Source of the DNA: Botryllus schlosseri
Lineage: Eukaryota
NCBI GenBank assembly: GCA_051294905.1
Contig: CM119383.1
Span: forward strand, 12,090,001 to 12,154,000
Length of the DNA: 64,000 nucleotides
Direction of reading: 5' to 3'
Shown here: piece by piece, positions 26,755 through 39,400 of the stretch
Layout: the number at the start of each line of letters is the position of its first letter
How positions within the stretch are numbered: position 1 is the stretch's first letter
Program-made: the position numbers and the translations under genes
Notes under the pieces: generated by a model
What the model saw: the letters and a program-made list of their open reading frames with translations, nothing else
Database searches by the model: none
Told to the model about the DNA's origin: nothing

Positions 26755-27010
26755 CAGAGGTGGTCAAAGTAGTCACCGTCGCTACTCAAGTAGAAGTAGA
26801 AGTAACTCCGCGAATTCTACTCAAGTAGAAGTAGGAGTGGTGGTTCACAAGTAAGAAAGTAGGTATTCTAAGCTTATTTTTGCCTACAAAACTGAAAACT
26901 GTCAAGTAGAAGTAGTCTAAAATGATATCTACTTAAAAAGTAGTGTGAGTAGGAAAATTCTACTTCAAGTACTTCAAAAAGTAGAAGTACTTCGTTACTG
27001 ACCACCTCTG
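26755..27010. mobile_element. hAT-type MITE family B (AAGTAGAAGT-rich), 256 bp
   Basis: Perfect 12-bp TIR CAGAGGTGGTCA/TGACCACCTCTG. Perfect 8-bp TSD TCCTTGTA at 26747-26754 and 27011-27018. Confidence 0.92.
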
Positions 27011-28533
27011 TCCTTGTATCAGTTATATACTAATGAATGACCTCATTTACTGCTCTTTCCTCCAAGAAGCCCACATGTCGGCTGGTAGCTGGTGCTCGTA
27101 ACATATACGACATGTGGCAAAGTGGAACGTACTACCCTACTCATTAGTTGTTATATTTATACCAAGCATTATGATATTCTGAGTAAAACGCTCATTGAAC
27201 CGTGTGTTGTAGCGGTTATTATGGTGGCACCAAAGTCTGATATTCATGTTGAATTGGTCAAATCCCTGATCAAAATATTTTAGAATATGTCTGTGTGTTA
27301 ACTGTTAAGTAATTACAATGATTATTAGCTGACAAGGTCCTATCAATGCTTTGCTTAAGTTAGCGGGATCTCAGAAGTAGTGTTGAAATTATGTGTCATG
27401 TAACGCGTACTTTTGATATAACTAGGAAATGTTGGACAGTATTTTTGCCACGTTCGTACACTAATGTTGCAAAAATTGATCATTCATTTGTAACACTACT
27501 AGGATATGAACTTGAACTCTCTTACCATGTTGTGTCGCGATAGGAGTCCGTTCTGTAGGTTCCAATGAAATGGAAGATGCAATATGTCAAACTTTAGCTA
27601 TGCATATTTCATGTGAATTAAAGTTCACGATGCTTGCGTATACAAATTGTAGGCTTATGAAGACTCGGTATGCTTGGAACTTTTTATGTGACTATTGAAC
27701 CTGAATGATTAGGTGATCGCAAATCCAAGTTGGATGCATTCAACTTCAATATTTTAGTCAAAGTCCACACTTTGAAAATTTACCATGAAGCGTATACTTT
27801 GTCTATTGTTTTGCATTGTGTTTTTCGATGTCATTGTCAAGATCTCTTAGCAAAATTGTTCGTGTATCACCAGTGTTTCGCGTTATATACAGTGATTAAC
27901 CCACTGACTGTACAAGTCCCAAGCCAATGCCGTATCACAAGAAACTATTCTACACCCATGCTACTTCAAAATTGAGTAGCAATCAAAGCTTTCTTTCATT
28001 TTTATACTTTTAGTGATTTTGGCTTGAAGAACCTTTCTTGTACTTGGTCAAATCTTCTTTCAATTACAAAAAACAAATGATTGATCAGGGACAGCCCTCT
28101 TGCCAATCACGAATACCAAAAATAAAGCTCTGGCAACTCAAAATTATCTCAGCGGTACAGCTCATGCTTTGAATTTGAGCCATCTTGTTGAGTTTGGTGC
28201 ACATGGTTCCTTTATATGGGATTAATAACTATTTCTGATACACATAACTATTCTTGGCATTATAAAGCTGTGTCTCTATTGAAGACGTGCAAATTATAAT
28301 CATGTCCCAAATGTTACTATCATGTGTTTGTAAAACTACTACACATCCCGTCATAACTAAGTTCACTCTCTATGATCAACCGATATTTTACTATCACAGA
28401 GTGCCTGTCACGATTTTAAGATTTTTTACCAGATTGCGCTTTATTATTTGACTCCAATTGCGTCTATTTATAATGCTTCGAGTGTATGTTATTTCAGGAT
28501 TAAGTGCAGTTAAATATCATACGTAGATATAAA

Positions 28534-30688
28534 ATGGATTCGTTTAATTTCTCAAAAGCACAACCGCCGGATGAGGTCATTTCTGTGATGCAAAAAACCA
28601 ATAAACTCAACACCGAGGTGAGTAGACCTCTTTTGAAATCGTAGGTAACATTTTTGAACACGGCTCTTTACGTAGCAATATCAGAACTTACTGGATATTG
28701 TCTTCTCATTGCTGAGCAATGCTCCAAATGCGAACGAAATGGAATCGAAACTGCAGGAATTTGCGTCGTCAAACGGTATCAAAGTCGCGCCTTTGAAGCA
28801 GATGGCCAAGATTTTAATAGTTGTTACTAACGGTGAGATTGGTGACTATTGCCTAGATTGGGTGGAATAAAATAGGCGGTTATCAACCTTAGTCTGTAAC
28901 ACAAGATGGCCAGGAGTTCTATAGAGAGTGATGATGGTGGTTTAGACTAGGCCAGGTGTGCTTATTGCTTTTCGAACCAACATAAATTTTTCTCCAAGTC
29001 TTGCAGCCGGAGTATTCTCTAGCATGTCATTTTGTGGAAAATACACTTATCAATATTAGTCTACATGTAATAATCTAGTCTTGCCACCTGCCTTTTTTGC
29101 GCAAGATAGCCTAGTTGCCAGTTTTCAACATTATCTGCAAATAAATCTACTTTGAAAATCTTTAACTCTCTAAATTTAATAGTTGATTGGTAATGCCTCA
29201 GTCTTGACAAATTCAATAGTAGCCCATCTTCAAAATGGGCCCACATTCTTAAATTAGAATGGTCATGTTATTGTGTTCAGTATAGGCATTGCAATGCAAC
29301 ATACGCCAAACCTTGGTGAGATATAGTGGTTCTTACGCATTCTACAGAACATTCGGCCTAAAGGTCAAATTTCTCTGCTGGGTTAACACAAAAGTTTTCT
29401 GTTATAGAAACTAAATGATGCTTGGAATTTCATAACAGACTTTAACACTAATACGTTTTCAACTACAGGTTTGAAGAAGGTCGTTCTTTGACAGATGTTG
29501 ATGTTTTGCACCTCAAATTGGCAGGTTTCGCTATCCAAATTTGGATTAATTTTATTATTTGAGAACCCATGGACAATGGAGCTACCAAAATTGCGTCTCT
29601 GGCACAAATAGTAGATGTGTCTTTTATGCGCGGCCACTACCATATGATTCCATAGAAGCCAAATTTACCTGAAAACCACTCAAGCAATCATGGCGGTCAT
29701 TGTGTTTCAGCAATGGTGCAGAAGAATCTGAGTGTATTGCAAGTAGAATCCGACCTTCAAAGATTGGGCGTCAGCGAGGAGAACGCAAAGACGTTTTGCG
29801 CAGCGTATAAAGCGTCGATATCGAAAATGCACACCAAATTGCTTGTGTCGTCGGCGAAAGGAAGAAAACTAGTTGGTTTTGACTGGAAGTTTGGGGTGAC
29901 GGCATCGAGTAGCGAGCTTCGTAAAGTGGGACGGTGTTTCATTCAAGTAAGTAGTAGTCACTGGCCGGTACTTCCACTATTTTGCAGTGCTCGAGCAAGT
30001 TTTGCTTGTTCTACTTACGCAATTCGCTATGTCTTCAGACTAATTCCACTTACACGTAAACAGGTTTTTATGCAAAACTGTATATTCATATTGAAATGAA
30101 CCGAACATTTTCGGCACACACTTGTCCCTGGTAATCATCACTAACTAGTAGAGAATTGGAAAGAACATTATGTGTCAACAATATATAACAATATTTTGTG
30201 ATACGATTGTTGATATACAATGTTTTTTCCAATTCTCTACTAGTTGCTGACAATTACCCCTGACGAGTGTCGGCTGAAAATATTTGTGTTCATTTCAATA
30301 TGAACATATTATTCAAATGCATACTGAAGTTTTGTGCCTTTCTACAAATACTTGTTCCTGAGCAGAAATATACAATGGTATTAGTACGGCTTTTACTTGA
30401 GAAGCAATGTTGATAATTTTGGCCGCCTCTGTGTAATTATGTTTACTTTTCCATGTAATTGTAATTGAATATTGAGAAATTTTGCGGTAATCGTAATTGC
30501 TCCACGTTTGGTGCACTGTATATTGAATTCCTGTTTGTGACAAATGTGTTTCGCAGGCCAAATTCTGTGTCGAAGGAGCGGACCGGAAACGTCAGGACTG
30601 TGTCGTCGAAATGACGTTGCCGCAATTTTACGACCTGATGCACGACGTTGAGAAAGCGAAAATCAGCCTGGAATCGTTAGGACAGTGA
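28534..30688 (+). CDS. COMMD7: COMM domain-containing protein 7, ~202 aa, 4 exons
   Basis: Exons 28534-28617, 28676-28832, 29711-29946, 30557-30688 (609 nt, GT-AG, phases match). COMM domain DWKFGVTASSSELRKVGRCFIQ...VEMTLPQFYDLMHDVEKAK resembles COMMD7 EWKFGVTSGSSELEKVGSIFLQ...IELTLPQFYSFLHEMERVR. Confidence 0.92.
30144..30335. repeat. Family A copy 4 (hairpin form), COMMD7 intron 3
   Basis: ACTAGTAGAGAATTGGAAAGAACATT...AATGTTTTTTCCAATTCTCTACTAGT inverted repeat, followed by the core. Confidence 0.8.
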
Positions 30689-30724
30689 ACGTGGTGTCGC
30701 GATGAACATTTTTAATACCCGTGC

Positions 30725-30835
30725 AATAAACACATATTTTCCTATCTCTTGAAATCAATTGTGTGTCTTAACAGTCTATGGCACCACAAAACAAGTTGTG
30801 TGCAGGGGGGAGATTAAACAAGTAACTACTTTATT
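30725..30835. terminator. Convergent polyadenylation signals for COMMD7 (+) and probably RSBN1 (-)
   Basis: AATAAA at 30725-30730 (+), 37 nt after the COMMD7 stop. TTTATT at 30830-30835 is AATAAA on the minus strand. Confidence 0.45.
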
Positions 30836-33439
30836 AGTTCAATAGTTCTCCAAGAATACATTTTACTTACCGGGAAATCGTCAATTGTACTTCTGTGATA
30901 CCAACAGGGCATATCTGAAAACTTTGGCCACTTTGAGTGAGGTTCTCCTACAGCTAACTCCCAGCTCTGAGGCAAAGAATTAAATAGGCCTAGTGGCATA
31001 CACCTACATTCACACAAATATGACACAATCGGAAAATGTGCACTGACCCTATCCCGGAAGGTAATATTAGTAACCCACTCTGCTTTGTGTATTTTGGATG
31101 AGATTTTATTCTGAAACAACAAATGAAATAAGACTCTATACAATGTATCAGCACCTTACACCCTAGCTCTAGAATATAACGTTCTCGGGATAAAGACATG
31201 CGCGGCATGAATACTGTACAAAGCTCGTGCGGGTCATTTCACAAGACTGCTACTTAACGATGATTTAAATAACGGGGTTTGCAAGCATGCGGTTGACTCA
31301 ATCAATAAACTCAATTGACTTTATCGGAAACTGAAGGTGTTGAGGATTGCAAAGAATAGACGGGACAAAATATAGCTAGTCTGTAACAGACACGATCTTA
31401 GGCATAGCCAGAGATTTTTAAAACAAAACGATAGTAGCTGGCATACTTTCAATTGTTGATGATTTTACGACATACCTCCAGGATAACATCTCACTCAGGT
31501 AAAACCGAGCCCAGATAAATCCGAATTAAGCAATTATCACCCTGTAAATAATACCAACATTACATCAAACAACATGGGAGCATGCTTTGGCATATTGTCA
31601 GAAAAATATCATCGATAACACCATGCTGTCATAATGTTTCAAATATAATGTAAAGAGGCCATCAGACATAGCATCGGGCTCATGATGGGTAAACCGCACA
31701 GACTACACTAACATCAATGTCAGGTCACATCCTTGAAAGCGTCGGTGTTAAATATACAGTGGGGCAATACCACAGTTGAAAGTGAACTGTTTTGGAATCA
31801 AGTCTAACGTAACCTATATTAGTACTGCCAGATTAGTAGGCCTACAATCAGATCAAGATGGACTGATACCATAACGCAATCACAAAGTGCAAGGCTGGTG
31901 CCAACTGAGAACAACGAAAAACCACAACAAGCCGCTGCCACCATACCTGTGACGGCAAATCATGAAAAATTGCAACAATCTAACGTTAAATATGTAGAAA
32001 ACGGCATTTGAGCTTATATCATCGATGTCTATTTACAAAGCCCAGCTGTCTCCCGACAAAAACTAATTTTGAGTGAAATTTATAGATTCAAGTCATCGGC
32101 AAAAGGTCGAGAATCTCGGTTTCTCCCACAAAGTTACAGGCCTTCGTTGCTGTACACCACAAATCGTATTCAAACAATTCATCCTGGTTGCAAAATCAAA
32201 CAACATAAAGTCAAAGCGATCTAATACGCGGATCCATCCTTACGCTGTTACTATAACAGCAATGAAATACTGGCATCTAGCATTGTAACCAGGAGAGACA
32301 CATCAAAATCACTTCAAAATACCGCCATGAAAATTGGAATAATGAATTCACGAGTATAACATCGTGGAATCAGAGCGGCTTACGTCCATTTATCACAATT
32401 TCAGAAAACAAAGTTTTTGAAACATTTACATTTGCCTTTTGACATATTTCAGCAAAGTTATTTGTGTCGCATTGATCCAAACATAACCACGGCCAACAGG
32501 TCGCTGCGATAATATATAAATTCTATAAAACTTGATTTCCTCAAAATGTAAAAAATGGACAGCCACTTGTGATTCCACAGCGACGAAATGTCCTGACAAT
32601 CTCGCAAGGCCCGTTCACGATCAGCCATCCTAACACGACACATGAACATGTGCAGTCACAAACATACGACAGCGCATGAAGAACAAAATTTAAATCGAAA
32701 AGGGAGACAAAGACAAGCCAACCAGACTCGCACAAGCTGCAGCCCGCCGTCGAGGCGCGCGCACGCACAATCAATTGCTCGCGAGTCTCGTTTCCGAAAC
32801 AATTCGCGCATCGTTGACGATGCGCAAAGGCCACAGAGGCAACCACATATATAAAATTTCGACGAGATAAAATCGCACAGTAAAACGGTGCAGGCGTGTT
32901 TGCCGGTCGCGAAAAATAAAAGTACTAGTCCTATTCAATTCAAGTGCAAAACCGCATGCGCACGACAACGGCATAAAACGAGACCGGGTTTAAAATAATT
33001 GTCTCCGCCGACTTGCTACTCTGAAAACCGACACGGAAGGGCGAGAGTCAGGCGCCGATTTTCAACGGCAGTCGCGATATCAAAAATAAGGGCAGCTAGA
33101 AAATAAAGAACTTTTTCTCTCCACTATTCACCGTCGAGTCAGCAGAGACGAGCACAGTTTTGGTTTGAAAAAAAAAACGGATTCGAAGATTTTGGCCGGA
33201 TTCTCAGCTGGATTTGGACTTAGATTCAGATACGAAATTTCGGATCATTTTCAATTTTCATGTATCTATCGAACAAATTGCCACCATCACCAAGATTTGG
33301 ACCTGGATTTGGACATGATAGCAAATTATTTAGAGATTTGAATTTGGACTTCAATCAGATTCTAAAATCCGGAACAAAATTAATTATTTGAGATACAAAA
33401 CGCCTCATCTCTGCGAATCGGGGGGGGGGGGTTGACTGA

Positions 33440-36400
33440 CTATGATTTGATATAGGTCGGCGCGCCGTGCAGTCCTTTCAGCCGCAGGTGCCAAGCGATG
33501 CTGATGGCCGAGGCCACGGTGCGAAACTGATGTACCACGTTCCTCGGTATGAAGTAGATATCATTGTCGTAGAGACGTATTCTCGCGTAGCGGACGCCTT
33601 CCCTCCGCATTTGATTCAGTTTGGCTTCGTCCACCCATTTCACGCACTGAAAAGCAAACGTTTATTTACAGGCAATTTCTTTTCAAGTAAAAGCGGGAGT
33701 AGTCTCCAATCAACAACATTCAAATTGTTAAATTAGAAAACCTAGTCCGTCTCCGAGGTCTAAGCACATCTGCTTGAACTGGGACTGTGAATTCCCAAAT
33801 TTTACTGATAACCAATTGATCAATTCCCACATATATTACATGTTTTGTCACATATATATTATTCCAGTGGATAGCTCAAAGCAAGCGATTGCAGTATGGT
33901 GCTTTCAGTGCTTCGTATCGCAATAGCTGGCATTGAATAGGATACCCAAATCTATACACGACAATATCCCAAATTTGATTGAGAGACAACCTTCTCAATG
34001 GCAGAAGTATTTTCATAATAATAGTTAAAATGTTTATTTTACATTTCTCACGCCAAGGAATAAAAAACAATACACAGCACATTTCCGTTAAGGACCACGA
34101 GGTCACAATGCCTTTGACAAAGTCATAATGAATTCTTAAATATTTTCCAAACCATCCATTGATATCTTATATAACATCCAAAAATTCTGTGTTTATTGAA
34201 TCGCAGGACTGCAGAGTGCAGACCAACGGGACTAGCTCAAGAAATTATCGATTCTACCAACATTATGTCCTCTAAATATAATGGGTCTTGTATCGAGATT
34301 AGCAATGTTATATTTCAATGAATAATCGCATTGCAATATCAAGTCTACTTAAGCCGCATACCGCTATGCTAGTCACGAGCAACTGTAGTCTGCACATCAC
34401 GCAAAAAGGAAGTCGACAGAATGCCACTGTTGCATATCCTGACAATGAATTATGCAGCTGGTATTCGACCTTGCAAATCACGAGTTGGGCCTATAGGCGG
34501 AAGAGACAAATCAATTTATAATACCACTTGCAGAACTCGGGTCTGTATCTAACACTATGTTGCACTGTTGCGCATGATTGATTTCAAAGCAACACAAATT
34601 TTAAATAACACTCCCAACTCCACTGTAAATACTACATAGCTTCGCGAGACTCAATTTTATAACCTTTCAAATCAAATAAGATCATAGAATTTTCCAGTGT
34701 AAAACCTGCTCGAAGTTATGGACATAGACTCTTTCATGGTGTGACATCACATTCTATTTCTAGTATCAAATAGCATTGTATCCAGATTCAATCAACCATG
34801 GTAAGTTAGTAGTTCATCCGCAAAAGCCGGGCCTGCGCTTGGCATGCTAGTACATAAAACCTGGCGAATTGTCGCGGTAAATCGCACCTGAGACATGGGC
34901 GGCTCGAAGAGATCGAGATGAAGAATTTGGGCGACCAAATCGAACGAAGACGGGTGAAAGCAGATGACGTCTTTCACCACACGGTTGATGTGGGACCTGG
35001 AACAAAAATATTCAAGCATCGGTCATGTGAATTACACAAGTGACGACCAAATATAATTATCATCTCGCAAGTGAGATGAATGCAAAGGATCTCACTTTTA
35101 AACCGTTGCCCAAATGTAAACAGGCTTCGCTTAAATTCACTGTGGAAACCCGGGGAATAAAATACAGTGCCCAGTGGTTCTCACAACCACAGTTGAACAA
35201 TTGGAAAATTTTCAGATTTTCCAAATTATATTAGCAGTGGTTCCCAAATGGTGGGGAATTCCCCACTGGTGGGGGAATTCAATGGTTTCTGGTGGGGAAT
35301 AGACGCATTTGTTCAAAATTATATACAGGACAGTCTACATATTCACGGAGACACTTGCGCAATTACCATTACCAGTTAACTGCTCTGGAATGTATGTATC
35401 GAAAATTATATTGTGTGTTGTTCACAAGACCTCATTTTAACTCTGGATGGCCAATGATGGCGTCACAAACGCATCCAGCACGACTAGTTTGACGTGTAAT
35501 AACACTTTCGTGAAATTTTGAGCGTTACTGGTATCGGTTCACAATACGTTTTATGTTGCAGTTATAGGCGATTGTCTTGCGTACGCCGTACTGGTGTGGT
35601 TGTGTGTCTTGTGTAGTCAAACCAGCAGATAGTTGCTATGTGATGACAAAAGTGCTGGGTAGTGGGGAACAGGACCGTAACTGTCTCACCCCAAACCCCC
35701 CAATGCCAATTTAAACAAAAAATCTGCGCTGCTTGCGCGATAACATTCAACTTCGAGAAGTGTGCCAGAACGAGCAGCAGCGAGAAGACCATGGCCGAGA
35801 AGGAATGCCCTTGTGGTGACCCAAAACTTTGATATACCGGTATATACAATATAAATATATGTTTAATTGGCTAAATGGCTGGCGCCGAATGTTCCTGTCC
35901 TGGCGATCTGAACCCCACGGGACAAATGCAATCCCGCAGGGAAAAATGATTTTCCAGTAACGTAATATCAATTTGAAATCGTGTGTGCCTTTTAGTTTTG
36001 ACGATTTCCATATTTTTTGACATAGCAGATATAGGAGGTCACGAAATAGCATAATGTAACGAAGTCAATATACCAACGGGTCCGCCCGAAGATGTTCAAT
36101 TCTTTCTTTAGGGGTCCTACCTTTTCCAACACACTTCACTCAGCTCTACCGGTAAATCTGATTACTCGAGCATAGCGGGGATAAAAAATTGATAGCAAAA
36201 TACATGCAATTCCCGATCATATTGGCCACGAAATACATAGGCTACAATTTTCGCGCTTCGCACGTTTAGTAGAAATAAGGCGACGCACTAAACAGTAGAC
36301 CCAACATAGCTTACAAGTTGAAAGGAAAAAGTGTACAAGCTCAGCGGGGATGAGGTGGTTCTGGGGGCCCAAGACCGTTTTTTGGCGGGGCTGACAAAGT

Positions 36401-39400
36401 GCCGTTACGGTCCTGGTGGGCAATGAAGTCTCGGACTAAATCTGAAGTGGGGAATGAAGACTTAAAGGTTGGGAACCACTGTATTAGAATTAGTATTACA
36501 GCTAATCATTATTTTCCAAATTAGACTAGAATTGGAATTGCTAAATTCAGAAAAACTTGGAAATTGAATTATCTTCCGAAAATTAGATGTATTTCATGTC
36601 AGGTCAGAGTTCATTCCCATGTCTGTACACCAAACTTGGCTCGCTTCGTACTATACAGTTCTCCTGTAGCATTTTCAGGAAAAGCAGAATTTTGTCTTAA
36701 ATTTAAATCAAAGCATTGAAACATTTCACTAATCAGATCACAGGCATTTTGCTCCAATTAGACGGTTAGAATTATCAAATTGTTAAAGTCTGCTTATGAC
36801 TATCTATGTCGAGGCGCGGAACATTTTAAATGCGCCTCGTGCTACAGCAAATAACAAGTAACAAGGGACACGGACAACGACCAAACTCCACTTCTACCTG
36901 ACTCAAAATTGTCTTCAATTAATGCTACAATTAGTTGAAGTACCCTATTCTATCTGGCCATGCCTACTTGTATGAAAAGGTCTGATTGGCTTGTATCAAG
37001 AGTATAATCACACTTGAAAGGAGTTTAAAAGTTGATCATGAGATCGGCAGAAGGTTGAGATTAAAAATTGACTTTTTTCCACCTTCATATTCAGAAAAAG
37101 CACAGAGGCAACATTTTGCTGGATTACCGTAAAGGTATACAGAGTCAAAACAGGAGCTTGTTATCACAACTGTCCAATCAATATTGATGTCGACAGTGAA
37201 CCACAGGCAAGGTAATCGGAGACTCAAGTAACATCAAAGTATATTTGCGATGTGTGTAGTTTTACTATCAAAGTCGCCCCACTGCAACGTCCTTATTCAT
37301 CACGGATGCATTTTTACGAAGAGGTATGGAGTGGATTAGTGGAAATTGACAGATGGGGCCAAACCGTTCCCAACGACTCATATATTGTGTAGCTTGGATA
37401 GTAAATAACCCAGCATTTTGACAGAACTAATGTGGGTTACAGATGAATTCGAAGAGAGAAAAACGTATCACATATATGTATCACAGATTATTTACATTTC
37501 AACAAACACATTGTCACAGTTCGCAAACTTTTCCTCCAAAATGAAATCATTTCATCACATTAGCTGGTATTTTAGATATGTGTTATCACTCATATAACCT
37601 AAAATCACAATCAGCGTCTCACATTATCCAAGCCAGGCCATACTTTATCCGTATTTTCAGTAAGCAAAGTTCGTCGCTATGGGATACATAACACAAGAGA
37701 TACTATGTCGGTGAAATTTCAAATAGATTCCTGTTGACATCGTAGTCATGACAGCAACTTTTCCCCACTTTCAAAGTTCTACTCAGTTCATTTAGTCATA
37801 CATTAAATTCAAGCATGTAGTCGACCACGTTAAAAATGTGACGTTGGCATTGTAACACATGATAATCACCAATTGTATCGCATATGTGTGGGGCTGAACT
37901 CCCTGAAGCATTCACCATATCCAACATTAAAAAATCGGGACAGATCGGTACATGCGGTGACTTACTTTTGTCCAGCCGTCACAGCCTTCAGAGCCCCGAC
38001 AGCCCATGTGGTTTGCCTATCGGTGAAATGTCCGACATGGTCAGCATGCGCCCGCGTCCTATCTTCAACCAAAACCTCTCGACTATCGCTGGCCCGCGGG
38101 GTGTATTGAAAGGACAGCCGTCGCAGCTCGTTGACCTGATTCGACCTGTGCAAACAATAGACAGAAGTGAACATTACCTATATGCGGTATTACTTCAATG
38201 GCCGAAAAGGTACCATGATTATAATCATAACCTGATGTATGCAAAACCATGTACATTGCACCGAGGCATGTAAATATTTGCCTTCCGAATTCTCACAATG
38301 CCGACAGTGGTGAAATAGGAATTCACACGGGGCACACAATGCAGACAAGAGACAACCATAAAATGTGACACGCCAATCACATTTCGATCCTTGATAATGG
38401 AGGTCTTCGCATAACCATTCATAGGCGTGTGTTGTGCATAACCACAAGCGAGAACATTGATCACAATGAATACGGAATCCAGATAATATATACAAGTGTT
38501 ACTTTTATCAAGTAAACTTTGGACTTGAATTAACGAAAGAGCCTAAATGACATCAATGCAGCTTAATTCGATAACTCTCAATTTGTTTCATTTTCATCAT
38601 TCAACGCATATACTGGAATACTGAGTAGCTGAGCTATTTAACCGAAATGGAAATGGGAGACAATTTTCTATCAAGCTCAACGCCAAAAGAAAACAACTGA
38701 TGTCTTGCACCTGGGTGCTAGGTGCATATTATCAGTATGGATATATCCACAAATTTGATAGCTCAAACAATGCAGACATAAACATTCAAAGCGTTATGTT
38801 TTAGATGTTAGGACCAACTCTCCATAAAAACACACACAATCACAGGTGCTATATCAATGTACCAATGACATATAACTGAGCCTGAATATTTCCTGGTGCT
38901 GGTATGTATTGAAGATTTTGAGATATTGTATTCTACCTCGGTCTGATTGGGACAGAGAATTGGGAATTCAACAAAAATAAGTGACGTAATTCTCTGTGAA
39001 GGTTTTGACAACATGTAAGGAATTCGAAATATTTACAAGGCCGCATGGTATTATGGGATAGAAATATCAGATCTGTCTACTCTTGATGTTGAGTCAGACT
39101 TTGTGTTCAGGGAATAGCCCAATGGGCAATGGCAACCAGTTAAATTAAACATGATGCTATTGAACCATACGACATCAAAAGTAGGGGAAGATCAAAATCA
39201 AATCATTGCTGTGGTCCTGTGGATAAAACACCCTTTCAAACAAAACTCTTCTTTCATTTTTATTGCCCTACGACTGACTGCAAATTTGAGTTAGCTTTAA
39301 ATGGCACAAGCAACACTTCCCTATAAGATTCTATATCATACGATGTAGTTAAAATCAGTCATCCATATTTCAGAATCACTAGAACTTTAAACGACACACA

